Shown in pieces: positions 13,766-26,844 of a DNA stretch of 64,000 nucleotides. A model generated the notes under the pieces. That model was not told the DNA's origin and did no database searches. It saw only the letters and a list, made by a program, of their open reading frames with translations. The translations under genes were made by a program, and so were the position numbers. The stretch is from Oculina patagonica (Eukaryota). The stretch's first letter is position 1, and each line of letters starts with the position of its first letter. The stretch spans positions 27,714,001 through 27,778,000 of the forward strand of contig NC_135766.1 of assembly GCF_052425735.1 (NCBI RefSeq). The letters are read 5' to 3'.

Positions 13766-16700
13766 TTATACTCCTCTCTCTGGTACAAGAGTTAGAGCCC
13801 AGGCTGGGGCACCCTTCGGAAAGGAACGTTCACTATCGGGAATAACACCCCCCTGCTCTCTCTGTATCATCATCCTCTTTGCTCTTTCACTTCTGGCCCT
13901 ATGTGCCTTGCGGTCTAAGCTCTGAAGTTCACGGGTCAATTCGTCAGATCTCCACCCAAACTTGCGCTTGACAAGCTTTACAAGCTTGGGTGTTGACTCT
14001 TCCTCGGAATTGTCTTCATATACACTATCCTCTGGCGACATATAGTCAATAGTCAGGACTTCCTGAAGTTTGGTTTTTTTCTCTTCTGAATACGAGCACT
14101 GCCTGAGGGCTTCTTTGCGAGCCTTGAGTTTCTGCAAGAATAAATTACAAAAATGTCATCAATTTAAAACCAATTTATTTTTTAAGACTCCATGTCGACC
14201 GGTATGCATTGCGAGAGTTTGTTGTTTTGATCCTGTCGCTGAAGAATATTAATATTTCCATTCAATGCAATATAAGAAGGATGAAATAATCGACAACTCA
14301 ACAATTTGGAAATTTCATAGCCTTTGAAACCATGGCCGAGGCACACAATGCATTACAATTGACACAGAGTCTTTTAAGGTTAATTGTAAAAATCATTAAA
14401 TATTCATGCAGGTGCAAACCAATCCCAGTACCATATTCAGATCACATACATAACTTTAAACCCCAATACAAATGAAACAATAGAATTAACTTTTGATACA
14501 AACTCCTGCTCAGCTGCTAAGTATTTTTAATTAACTTTTGATACAGATCTGTACTGATTCGCATAACAATACTTTGCATTCAATTTATTGTTTTCATTTC
14601 ACAAGTAGAATAAAATATTCGCATCCGATCTGTATGGCCGTTTACAATGGCTCGCCTATCGGCTCGCCATTGTAAACGCCCATACAGATTTCCTGCTCAT
14701 ATTCTATCTACTACCTAAAACACTTACAACTTTTTAACTGACTTGTTACCAAGATGCATTAATGCATTAGAGAAATAAACAACAGTGACATGTTTTAAAT
14801 GGTATAAAAAACAAATTTTTCATATACATTTTTTGCACCTATTGCTCAAACTTTGGGTGGAATGTACAGTGTAACAAATAGTTCATTCACTTACATTATG
14901 TCCTCTTTGATTTCTCCTTGCAATGAAAACACTTTCATTTTGTTTATCTGTTAAGACTCCCTGCACCCGTACACGGGTTGCGACTCGCTTCTGTTTTGCC
15001 TTTAGAGTTTTGAAATATGTCTTTATTGCACCTGTTACAGAGAAATTTAGAGGGATTTTAAGGCTATGCTACATGTGACTTGTTCCAGTATGTATTGTCC
15101 ATTTACCGCCCCCCTCCATTTCCTTCTCCCTCCAAAGTATATGTACATGTACATGTAGGTTTATACATGTATAAGTGTTATTTTCCACTGGCTGAGTGAA
15201 ACAAAATAAGTGGAAATTGTTTTTCTCACACACCGCTGGGACCTGGGAAAGGGTCATGTGACTTTTGGCGGGCAGTTGTTTTTGTTGCGTCCGCCATTGC
15301 TGACCTTTTCCCACCCACTTGCCCTAAGATTTTTAGTTTGTGCAGTATTTTTTGTTAGCTTTGCCATTGTGCAATTTTTCCCTGTGATACAGGATGTACA
15401 TGTATGGTTTTGTTGAGTTTGTAATAAAGGTCAGGTGGCGGTCGGCCTGGCATGGCTACCTGGCGGTCGGCCTACCAGTGGTGTGTGAGAACATTAGTCA
15501 TTGCCTTGGCCATGCAGAACATGTATCATGTAGTTTTTAAATAAATTTTTCAGGTCAATACATGCATCTACAGTATCAACCACAATCGTTGAGCACAGAA
15601 AAACTACACTTTTTGCACAGATCGAATAAAATACATTTTTTAACCTGATTTTTTTAAAGGGACTACATGTACATGTATGTCACGGACATTGAGTAAATTT
15701 CTGGTCTTAACTGTTCTGAAATTAGTGGAAGGCAACTTAATCTATAAAAAACAATATCTTTGAAAATCTAATGGAAGATATAAACTTAGCTACGGCTATC
15801 AATATCGATTTTTGAAGACGTGCAGAAACAATTTGAAATTGTTAGCCTAACATTTTTAAATTGCAATCCGTTTCCATCCGAGCCATCAGCAACCAGTAAT
15901 GCTTGCTAACAGTTTCAGTGCTCCAAAAAAGTTACCAAGAATAAAATTACAGTAAATGTATAACGGAAATCCAGGGGAAAACGATTTTGGTTCAAGTTAG
16001 CGCGAGGTTCGAGTTAGCGAGGGTTCGAGCTATCGGGAGTCGACTGTATTATTTTTAGGTTTCATGCGACATGAATATAAATTTTGGCGGTCCAAAAATC
16101 TGGTAAAATCTGTGATGTACAGTAGTCCCTTTAACTACAACTTAAAAGGTGTTTCTTAGATAAGTGTTCCTTTTCTGGAAACTCATCTTCAATAAAATGG
16201 AATATTTTCTTGTTTTTTCCTCTCACAAGTTTTCAGGGACTTTAAGGCAACTTTTACACACACAGAATCACAAAATATCACAGTTTTACTGAGAAAAAAG
16301 TGGAACTGTACTTACGTTCTAAGATAACAGGATTAGCTTCTTTGAATGCTGAAGTAGCCCTCACTCCTCTCTCTATTGCTTCACTCACTTCACTGTTAGT
16401 TTCATCATTAAAACTGAAAATCAATGAATGAACTGTGCTCAATATAAGAATGTCAGAAGCAGACTCCAAAGTCCTCACCAGTTACAAGACTCCAACAAGT
16501 TTTAGCATGAACTACATTTTAGTTTTCTGGGATCTGTAGCTGTGTTTGGTTTTAAACTGCTTAGTTCATAACAGTGGCTGATCCAGACCTTCAAGTAAGT
16601 GGGGAAAAATACACACCCTCGAAAATGATTTTTCTCAGAGTCGACTTTTTATGCCAAAGGTAAGGTGGCCCCCCCAGGCCCCTTCCATTGCATAATTAAA

Positions 16701-18359
16701 GAGTGATGTGTTATCTTTTTTAAGTTTTACTTTCCTTTTGTCAAGTGGCCTTGTCAGCAAAAATTTTAATAATTCAAGTATTATTATTGGCATTACTATT
16801 TTACCATACCTGTTACCAGGATCTAAGGTCCACTCAATCGGTGGGTCTTTTTCCTTTAATTTTGCAACAACTTTGTGGACACATGCCTATGTAAAATACA
16901 CAGAAGTTCATAAGAAACTGAGAAAGAAAAGAGTTAGATGCCACTGAAACTTAGGTTTTTTGTACTATTTTGAGTACTGTGTGGACAAAAATGGCAGACT
17001 TATAAATTTGCAGCTCATTATTTTTAGTAGAATTTGTGATGGGCATGGCCAGCTCCTGGTTTAAATTACAGTCAAACCGGATGTTCTTTTGATGGGAACT
17101 TTGCAATGTTGCGGCACAATGTTCCAATAGTGATTGACAATTACCTTGTCGCAACATACAACTTTCAATTCAAATTTGCGCAAGCAAGTTGCAAAGTTCT
17201 GGCTTTCATTTTGCCAAATGAAACCAAGTTACACCACCTTTGTTTCAAAGAAACAGAAAATAATTACCCCTTATTTGAATGTTCATCATTGAACAGAATG
17301 CGAGAAATAAGCGACAGGCTTAGTTTCATTGCTCAGCTAGGAATTATGCTTTAAAATTACAAACGTAAGCCGTAACTTGGGGAGCAAATTTAAATTTCTA
17401 AGTGCAATTCCAAGTTTGGCGATTTCAATTTCTCACAGTCTGTCAATAAGCAGCCGACCATAGGGCAATTATTTCATCCTTCTTTGAAACAGAGGTGGAA
17501 TTATCATGTTCCATACAGAAAAAAAATGAAAACCTGAACTTGGCAACTTGCTCAAGCAAATTTGAAAGTTGAAAGTTGCGATGAGCAAACTGTCAATTAA
17601 TATTGGAACATTGCACCACAACATTGCAAAGTTCCCATCAAACATTCGGTGTGACTGTAAATAAAGCAGCCTTTTGTATCCAAAAAAAATTATAAGGAAG
17701 CAGAGTTGTTTTGTTTAGACAAAATACCTCTGTATATCATGTTGCTAAGCAACATGACATACAGAGGTTCTCTACGACGAAAAGTAGTGTCGCTCAACTA
17801 GAACTTGATCCCTGGACGGAAAAGCCTCGGGCCTTACTTTCTACCAACCCCCACCCCCTGCTTAATTTAAAATGTGCTTTCAAGAGCAAGCAAAAAGGCC
17901 GCCTATTGTCATGGTACATGATATCAGAAACAAAAACCTTATACTCACCACCATATCTCGTGGAAGATTTTCCACTCTGCTCCTTTGAGACACAGCAGCG
18001 ATTGACAAGCCTTGCAAGTTGTCAATTTTTTCAGTAAGAGCTGCAAGTGATCTTTGTACCGCTACGAACTGCCTCTCGTGGTCGCAACAATTCATTCTAG
18101 CGTTGACATGAGGCAGCGGCGTGCTGACTGGCGTTGATCGGCCGCTGGATGAGGCTGATGAAGATGGTGTACAGGACACAACTGAAGGTAAACGATCGCG
18201 ATCCCTTTGGGCGACTCGCGGATACGTTGGAGAAGTATCTTCAGGTTCACTCAGACTGTCTGGCAGTGAATCACGACGAATGCAGAATCGAGATCTCTCT
18301 ACAGAAATCCCTGGACGATTTTGTCCTCGAGGAACAATCGGAGTTGCTCCTGAAGTTGT
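13766..18359 (-). CDS. CACTA accessory ORF2, spliced: exons 18359-17949, 16886-16810, 16413-16316, 15031-14895, 14131-13766. First exon uncertain (near 18517-18447).
   Basis: Canonical GT-AG sites chain in phase (0,2,1,0). C-terminal YMSPEDS...WRSDEL..LD...P..APAWA signature resembles ORF2 of animal EnSpm elements. Divergent from the transposase. Confidence 0.75.
15658..16130. mobile_element. Kolobok-like MITE in an ORF2 intron
   Basis: TTAA|AGGGACTAC ... GTAGTCCCT|TTAA. Confidence 0.6.
17069..17657. mobile_element. Tc1/mariner-type long-TIR MITE
   Basis: TA|CAGTC...GACTG|TA with long degenerate inverted arms (TTGATGGGAACTTTGCAATGTTG / CAACATTGCAAAGTTCCCATCAA). Confidence 0.75.
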
Positions 18360-20016
18360 CTAAATAGCAAAATGAAAGATCAATTCAGCGAGACATCTAA
18401 CACCGTGGCCGTTCAAAAATTATAGCACATCGCCAATGAAACTTACGTGAGATGTTGATTCCTCGAGAGAGGAGATTCGGACGAGGAAGGATTGCACGAT
18501 CTGCTTCTTCCAGACATATTAAGCTCAAGTTATACAATAGCCGATGAAATTCTCAGTGAAGACCTCACAAATACCAGTAAAGACGCCGTACTTCACACAA
18601 ATAACACAAGCAAAGTGACGCTCAAAATCCCGCCGATTATGCTAAACAACACAGTCAAATGTAAATGGCCGCTCCGGATTGGACGAGATGCATCACGTGA
18701 GTGCTGCAGCCTTTCTAATTAGCATATTTTGTTTTCCCCTCGACAGATAACAGCAGATTAAATAGCAACGTGTTCGATATATTCATCGGGAAAACTTAAA
18801 ATTATTGTCCTTCCTTTATGCTTAGCATCTTTTCTGGAAATGGAAGGAAAGAGGTACTACTGCAGTCATTGTGATGACTTTGTTAGTCGAAGTACGCGAT
18901 CTCGACATCTCGAACAAGTCGTTGAGAAGCATGAACGATGGAAAGATGTTTTGCTCAAGTGGATTTACGTCTTTTTAATTTTTTAGCAGGAAATGTTAGC
19001 TTTTTACTCGAAGATTGTGCCAAGGAATATAAACAACATTCAAATTTTGTAAGAAAAAACTCCTTAAATTGATCACTACATCTTTTCAACTCTCCCACTC
19101 ATTGTGCGTCTTATAACCGAGTGTTTTTGGAGAATTTTCCGTTTGTAAACTTAGCATAACAATGTTGCCAAGTTTGGGGTGCGTCTTATAACCGAGTGCG
19201 CCTTATAACCGAATAACTACGGTATAAGAGTTTGTCACTCGCCACACGTGAAAGTGCCCTTTGTCAGTATTAAGGGGTGTCTGTATTAAGCGGGTTAATT
19301 TAAGAGAAAATGTATGAGGTTTTAGTTGAGACCAACGAAACTGTCCATAATGCTGGGGTGTCCGTAATAAAATCTTTGCAGCAATGTTGTCGACAGATGG
19401 TTTAAAAACACAAATAGAGACACAGTTCTGAAACAGCAGGTCTGGGATAGGGTAGGAATTTCCAGTGTTAAATCTTGTAAAGGGTTACTGAACAGGGTCT
19501 AGTATACATGTATGGTAATGGTTTCAGAGAGGGAAGAAGGCTAGGGGTATAATGTAGGGTGGTAAAGTGGTTATGCATGACCCCTGATTCAGGTAAAAAA
19601 GGGTGTGATGCGTGAAAACAGCTCTAAACTGGCCTTGATCCGTGAATTACTGTGGCATGTGATCTGGTTATTTTGAGGACCGTGATTCATGATTCAAGCT
19701 AAACACATTGCAAATTCATGGTGATTTCATGCCAATTTAATCGCCGTGATTTTTTTTAGAAATGCAGAGTAGCCATGTTTTTAATCTTTTGCACAAATAT
19801 CATGAGATAGTTGTACTTGAGCAGCAGAGTTGGATAATAAATTCAATACATGTCAGTTTTTGTGTTTTAATTTCTGAAGCTTGGCCATTCTCAATTTAAG
19901 GGGTTTTACAATGTATGTGTTAAAGGTACCCACATAAAACTGACAACTGTATATATATACACTGTAACTTCAGATTTCAGCTATAGACAATAATTTTAAT
20001 TTCTCACTTATTGCAG

Positions 20017-22754
20017 AGGACAGTAACAGAATTCCAGAGTCCTTCTTTGGGAATCTACATGTAGATGATGAAGACAGGAGGTTATTTGATGAAACTTTTA
20101 TTCACAAGTCAATTGGGGAACAAGATGATCTCGAAGAAGGTTTATACCATGAACAAACATTTCATAATGCTAGTCAAGAGGTATGGGATGATTTGTTGGA
20201 GGAAAATGTTTTGGAGGACCTGGATGAATCAAACTTTCCTGGAGCAGTTGAGACCGATCCTGACTCATTTAACAGGAACATCCTTATGAACTGGCTGCTT
20301 CTATTCATCTGTTACTGGTGGACATACTGTAACATTGCTGACCGTGGAATTGAAATGCTTCTGAAATTCTTCCATGCATTTTTTACTGTGCTATCAGAGC
20401 GAGTACCCTGGATGACATTTTTTGCTGCAGCATTCCCTTCAAGCTTATACATGCTAAAGAAGTACTTTGGTCTGCATAAAGATTGTTTCCAGAAGTTTGT
20501 TGTATGTCCAAAGTGCCATTCTTTGTATAATTATGACTCTGCTTATGAGACAGTAGGTGGCAAGCATCTGTCAAAGAAATGCTCCTACGTGGAATTTCCA
20601 AACCACAAACACAGAGCACACCGAAAGCCATGCAATGAAGTCCTGTTAAAGGAGGTCAAGCTTCAAGATGGAAAACTTAAACTGTACCCAAAAAAGGTGT
20701 ACTGTTACAATAGTGTTATTGAAACATTAAAGCTCTTTCTTCAGCGTCCTGGTTTTTCATCACGATGTGAACTGTGGAGGGAAAGGGAGAGCACAAGCAT
20801 ACAGAATTTATTGAGTGATGTGATCCATGGTACTGTCTGGAGAGATTTCAAAGGCCCAGATGGGTCACGCTTTACGAGCCATCAACGCAACCTAGCTTTA
20901 ATGATGAACGTTGATTGGTTTCAGCCGTTCAAACATTCCCCGTACAGTGTAGAAGTCATTTACCTTGCCTTAATGAACTTGCCTCGTGGAGAGAGATACA
21001 AAAGGGAGAACATTATTGTTGTTGGAATTATTCCTGGCCCTAGTGAACCTTCAAGTCTCAATCCCTATTTAGTTCCCCTTGTTTTAGAACTGAAAGAGCT
21101 GTGGGAAGATGGAATTGAGGTTTGTCATTCTGGCTCACCTAGGATACCAGAGAGATTTTTTGCTGCTGTCTTGTTAGTAGCCTGTGATGTCCCTGCAGCA
21201 AGAAAATTGTGTGGTTTCTTGGGACATGGTGCCAGAAGAGGCTGCTCAAAATGTAAAAAGGAATTCATTCCTGGTGAAAATTTTGGCATGAAGATGAACT
21301 TTGGGGGATTTGACAGTTGTATGCCACGTACAAATGTAGAGCATCGCAATGAAGCCCAAGAAATACTTGCTGAGGACACGTATCAAGGACGAGAACGTAA
21401 GGAATCAAAATATGGTACAAGATACTCTGAACTTATGCAATTGGAGTACTTTGATTGCATCAGATTTACTATAATTGACCCGATGCACAATTTATTCCTT
21501 GGAACCGCCAAGCATCTGATGAAAAATGTTTGGCTACCAAATAAAATTTTGAAGCAGAGTGATCTCAAGTCTATCCAAGAATTGATTGACAACATGAAAG
21601 TACCATCCAACATGGGAAGAATCCCAAACAAGATTGCATCAAATTTTGCTAGCTTTACATCTGACCAGTGGAAGTTGTGGACTGTTGTTTACTCTGAGTT
21701 TGCTTTAAAAAAGTATCTTCCATCTGAAGACTACAAACTGTGGCTCTTGTTTGTGAAAGCTTGTCGCATATTAACTTCTCCTATAATAACGTTTCGTTCC
21801 CTTGCTTTGGCACATTCATCACTCATGCAATTCTGCAAGAAATTTGAGACTAAATATGGACAGTTGGAAGTTACTCCTAACATGCATCTGCATTCCCACC
21901 TAATCAGCTGTGTTGTAGATTATGGGCCTGTGCATAACTTCTGGCTCTTTTCATTTGAACGATTTAATGGTGTCCTTGGAGACTTTAAGACCAATCAAAG
22001 GGCAGTCGAAATTCAATTAATGCGAAAGTTTCTACGGGACCAAGACATCAGGGATATTCCATTCCCATGTCTATTTAAGGAACGACTTGGAACTGTCTTC
22101 AGTCAAATGAAGACTTCTGTAATGGATCCTATTCATGATGTCAGTTCTGCCGCAGAGCACTTTTCCCTATCAGAGGGCCCAGTAACAAAGGGAAACCTTT
22201 GGTTTGACATTGCATTATTTTCTTGCATATCTCCACACAGAATAGATTTGCTTGATGATGATGAACTGAATTTTCTTTTGCAATCATATTCAACATTTCT
22301 TGAAGGAGTTGAATTCCAAAATGGAACAGCTATATTTGACCGCTATGCAGGAGTTGAATTTTTGGGAGAGCGCTATGGCTCGCTCGACTCAAGAAGTGAG
22401 CGGTCTTCCTACATCATTGCTCCCTGGGTAGGAGTAAATGGAAACATTAATCCAGCCACATGTAATGCGAGGCCTGGTGTAGTGAGCTACTATTTGAAAC
22501 AGAATGTTTTAATTAATGGAGAATGGAGAACTCTCATTATGGCCAGAGTTGCGTGGTTTCAGGAACATCCTGAGAGATACATGCATCAGAGTGGGACCAC
22601 AGAGATATGGTGTAAAGACATCTTCGAACCATTAGGCCCAGCCTCCTTTATTCCTGTCCAAAGGATTCAGAGAAAATTTGTTGGAACTGTCCAAAAGTGG
22701 AAAAGAGAAAATGTTCTCTTTGTTTTGCCACTTGAAAGGAAAATGTACTTGTGA
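20017..22754 (+). CDS. CACTA/EnSpm transposase (Transposase_21-type DDE). Main exon from the acceptor at 20017; probable first exon at 18840 (CxxC..SRST..RH zinc motif).
   Basis: Motifs LMMNVDWFQPF, CDVPAARKLCG, IIDPMHNLFLG, TPNMHLHSHL, GPVHNFWLFSFERFNG. Uninterrupted ORF of more than 850 aa. Confidence 0.92.
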
Positions 22755-23054
22755 TAACATTTTAATAGTTTGGGTTTATCATTCTTTGAAAGGCTCAGTG
22801 TTTGCCTATAATTAACACTGAACAGTAACTGTAACTGTAGATTGATTTAAGATAGACGCTCAAGACAAACAAGATGAGTGTTTTCTATTTCAAACCAAAA
22901 AGTAGGACTGCTGGTAGTCTTTGCAAGAGTTCGCTGATGCCGTAATTGTTTTAATGTGTTGTTCTAGAAAATATCCATACCACTCCAATGGAATGTTTTT
23001 TTTTCTTCTAAATTTCCACAACCCTTTGGAAATTCCAGTAAAGCTTTTAAAATA

Positions 23055-23549
23055 CAGTAGAACCCCGGTAACTCGAACTCTGAAGGGAAACGTAAAACAG
23101 TTCGCGTTACCGGGGTTTCGAGTTATCGGGGTCGATTGCATATTTAATTTGCCAAGTTAATAATTGATAGTTAACTGATTTTTCAGCACTTCAGTATACG
23201 GTACAGTGCAAAGTGAACTTAACTTGTCAGAAACTCTTAACAAGACCATACATTCTTATGATAAGAGTGGAAAATGGTTGTAAAATACGTGATCCGTTCG
23301 TTGCTCTAATCAATGGGCAACCGTGCCAAGTTGCAAGAACCAGAATTCGAGTTATCGGGGTAAATTTGACCCAAATTTTGTTCAAGGGAAACGAAATTTA
23401 GTTCGAGTTAGCGGGGTTTTCGAGTTATCCGAGTTCGAGTTAACCGAGTAAAAATGACTGAAAAGTGGGGGTCAAATCCAAGGGAAATGGCAGTTCGAGT
23501 TAGCGGGGTTGTTCGAGTTATCCGAGTTCGAGTTACCAGGGTTCTACTG
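23055..23549. mobile_element. Tc1/mariner (pogo/Tigger-like) MITE
   Basis: TA|CAGTAGAACCCCGGTAACTCGAACTC ... GAGTTCGAGTTACCAGGGTTCTACTG|TA. Internal TTCGAGTTA repeats. A related fragment lies at 15970-16047. Confidence 0.8.
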
Positions 23550-24247
23550 TACTTTCCTTTCACAATTTTGGCATTCAAGACCCCACCCCCTCTAAATTTC
23601 CACTGATTTAAATGGAGTGTGTATGGATACTGAAACAGTTTACTGCATATTTCACATTGAAAATTCTAACTCAGTTACTGAACAATAGTTTGATCTCAAT
23701 TTAAATTGCCATAGTTTCATTCCACTTTTTGTAAAGTGATGTCTGGAATTGCACAACTATTATTGGTACCTTAGAAAGTAAGAATCTATCCTTTCACCAG
23801 GTTAGGTGTAGATATCATACCATGAAGCATGAGTAAATACTGTTGTTTCAAGAGATAATTATATGAATTTGCAGGGCTGTGCTCTAGCAGGGCCCGGGTG
23901 CCTTAGGCGGCTTACTTTTGTCTTTGGGGGACCTGTATAACTTTTCTATCATGAAAGCTTTTAAGAGCTGGGCACCCAAGATTTCTTACATAAGAACCTT
24001 CTGGCACCCTGAATTTTTTTCTGAGAGCACAGCTTTGATTTGGCAATCCATTAAGTACCAATCCTGATAATCTTTCAATGAACAGTATAAGCTAGTAGAC
24101 CATTTACAGGGCAACTGTTTGAAAAAAAAATAAAAATTGTGAAATGAATTTGATCACTGTCCTCTATCATGTTTATTTTACATTCAACAGAATGGCATTT
24201 CTTTTAGTTTTTTTAGGATTTTTTATTTCTTATATATGTCAGAAGCA

Positions 24248-24582
24248 CGGGTTTTACAAATGAAAACCACTCCCAGAGAAGTTATTTATTTATGACTTGA
24301 AATGTCTCAAAATTAGACTTATAAACACTTTATGTGGGAAGCTAACTTGGGTTTTACAAATGAAAACCACTCCCAGAGAAGTTATTTATTTATGACTTTT
24401 GAAATGTCTCAAAATTAGACTTATAAACACTTCATGTAGGAAGCTAACTTGGGTTTTACAAATGAAAACCACTCTCAAAGAATGCGAAGTTATTTATTTA
24501 TGACTTTTCAAATGTCTCAGAATTTGACTTATTTGGGAATCTAACTTGGAAATTACAAATAGAAACCACTCCCAAAGAAGTG
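24248..24582. repeat. ~100-bp tandem repeat, about 3.3 copies, inside the CACTA right arm
   Basis: Unit GGGTTTTACAAATGAAAACCACTCCCAGAGAAGTTATTTATTTATGACTT...GCTAACTT recurs. Confidence 0.85.
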
Positions 24583-25537
24583 ACCAACACTGTTGGGGCT
24601 TACACCAGACAAAAACAATGCAAAATTTAATGCCCAAGTCTCGAGCTCTTTCCCATTGCACTGCAAAAAAAAAAAGAAACTCAAAAAAGCAGGAACTCAG
24701 TTTCTAACACATTTGTCTGGTTCGCTTCATATTTGTACATCGGCTAAATATCACTTCAAATTCAATCAGTATTTGTCTTGCGTTTATCGCGGACAAATCT
24801 GTCAACACATTTGTCACATATTTGTCATCTTCAAGATCAGGACAAATATGATATTAGATTTGTCTCACATTTGTCTTTAGGACAAATATGATCAAATCCA
24901 TTATTTCATCCAGTGATTCTTGAAGAAAACTCAGCTTTTTTAATGAAATATCCGATTAGCGAACGTTGTTACTATACTTGCATCTATGCCAGAATCGGGC
25001 CGCTGGTAGTACGTTCTCTAAGGTACCAAAAAGGGCAAAATAGTAATGTCATTTCACGCAATAAATAGGATAAGTAATAACTGCTACATTTGTTGTAAAC
25101 TGATTTGTTGGCTTGTCGTTGTTTGGTTTTGCTAGCTTGATTATTTCTGTCGATAAGGACCCTTCAATGTTACTTGTAAAAATCACATTAGTTATGCATA
25201 AATTAAATTTCTCATCTTTCATTGTAGTTCAAATATCGCAAAAAAAGACGAGGTTCCAATACTCCGATTCACGGTGACTTTTAGTATGTTATTTCTCAAT
25301 ATATGCAAAGTCGAATAAGGCATGTTTTATTTTTGTTGCAATTTGTTTTGGGTTAGACAACGAAATGGCTTATATTGACTGGACTATATCGGGATCTGGG
25401 CAATTCTTGAATTAATTTTGCTTTTTTAATTTCACCGCACTAGCTCAACTAGCACCTTTGATAATTTTGATAACATGGACAGAGCCGATAGAAACTGGCG
25501 TGGGAATTCAAAAAGACTAAATAGATTGCGTTCTAAG

Positions 25538-25913
25538 TTAGATGAGCAAACCTAAATAATAGCGCTGCCTTCGCTTATATTGAAACTGGTCATTACCATA
25601 CGAAAACTGGTCTTCTTCGTGGAGCCCTCCAGTACTCGTTCCCAATCCACCTGAATCGCCAGGTTCATCACCATCCTCGCTTTCTAGAAACCCGTGGTAT
25701 ATTCTTCGTGACAGCTGCGCTTGGTTTAAGACGTGAGGTTTTTCTTCCTGTTTTGCTAACACTCTTTCCATATCTGAAAGCGATAGAAACTAAGAATTAT
25801 ACCAGAACAATTGAATATAAAATATTTTAAAATGTACCTAAATATTTTACTTTCAACTTTGCTACCCATAGATATCCTATCTTAAGAACAGTCAGGAAAT
25901 AACCAAGAGTGGT
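25538..25913 (-). pseudogene. Chimeric PARP14-like exon fragment with its upstream intron
   Basis: 25773-25633 is a paralog of the copy A KH-exon start (MERVLAKQEEKPHVLNQAQLS). 25774-25913 matches intron 5747-5900. It is fused to a segment like the copy A RGG exon (GGLHEEDQFS..QRY), then stops. Confidence 0.8.
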
Positions 25914-26844
25914 CAACTTTTAAGTCGGATTCCGCTGAAAGTTCGAGCAATGAGTGCAAAAATTAAGTACGAAAAGCCTACTCGCAATGCAGTAACATTT
26001 TATATACTACTTGAAACATCTCACTGAAATTCATTTGTCTTCGTGACCCCGTGATTAAATTCTAAACCACTCTCGAGAAAATTAAGTTTTGGCAACATAG
26101 CTATTTTTAATAACTCGAGGACGCTGATTTAGAAAATCATTGTTGCTAAGCTCAATTCGGGTTTTCAACAAAATGTCAAAGCTATACACTGATAAGGTGG
26201 ATTTTATATGAGGCTGTGGTCAACTGTCACTGGACGGCTCGATAGTCATAGACACAGCGTAAAAACTGTCAGACATCATTAGTCATCTTAACAGTACACT
26301 AATAACGAAACAGTACACTAATACAAAACTTAAAATTGCTAAAGGAAAGAACTCCTTATTTGGAGTTATTCCTTATCTGAATTCAGCTTGGCAGCAGTAA
26401 TGTTCGAAATCACATTTTGGGCTAGTTCTTCAAATACTAAGAAACTTTCTCCTTGCATACCGTTTGTTACGAATGGATTCGGTTTGGTGAAGTAAACGTT
26501 TACCAGACTGAACGCAGGATTCTCGGTAACACAACAATTTTACTCAATTCCAGCTTAACATGTCGCACCCTTCGACAATCAACTCAAAAAACACTTCTCG
26601 TCTCAAGTTTTTCTTGGAAAGTCTCTATCACGTGGCCTAAGCGAAAGTCTAAAAATAAACATCCTCGTGGGAAAATACGTCACATGGACAATGTCACGAA
26701 CAATGTCACGCTCAGTTTCGGAAGTAACACAACTTTTTGTAACATAACCCCCTCTTGAAAAGAAATTTGCAAACATTTCTCAATAATAACGAAAAATTGA
26801 CTTTACAGAATTGGGGGTAGTCCAGTGTCTTAGATTTGTCCTTC

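Larger units (their letters stand above)
12300..24915. mobile_element. CACTA/EnSpm (CMC) DNA transposon, 12.6 kb, apparently autonomous
   Basis: CACTG...CAGTG termini with a 24-bp imperfect TIR (19/24). GACAAAT/ATTTGTC subterminal repeat arrays at 12320-12575 and 24705-24895. The empty site is visible in the duplicated copy at ~10085. Contains a transposase and ORF2. Confidence 0.92.

Noticed and set aside
24248-24582. Repeat array as CRISPR
   Set aside because: Eukaryotic context, whole units repeat with no unique spacers, and no cas genes.
26453-26758. Duplicated ~100-aa ORFs (also 31785-32111)
   Set aside because: Incidental ORFs across the two LTRs.
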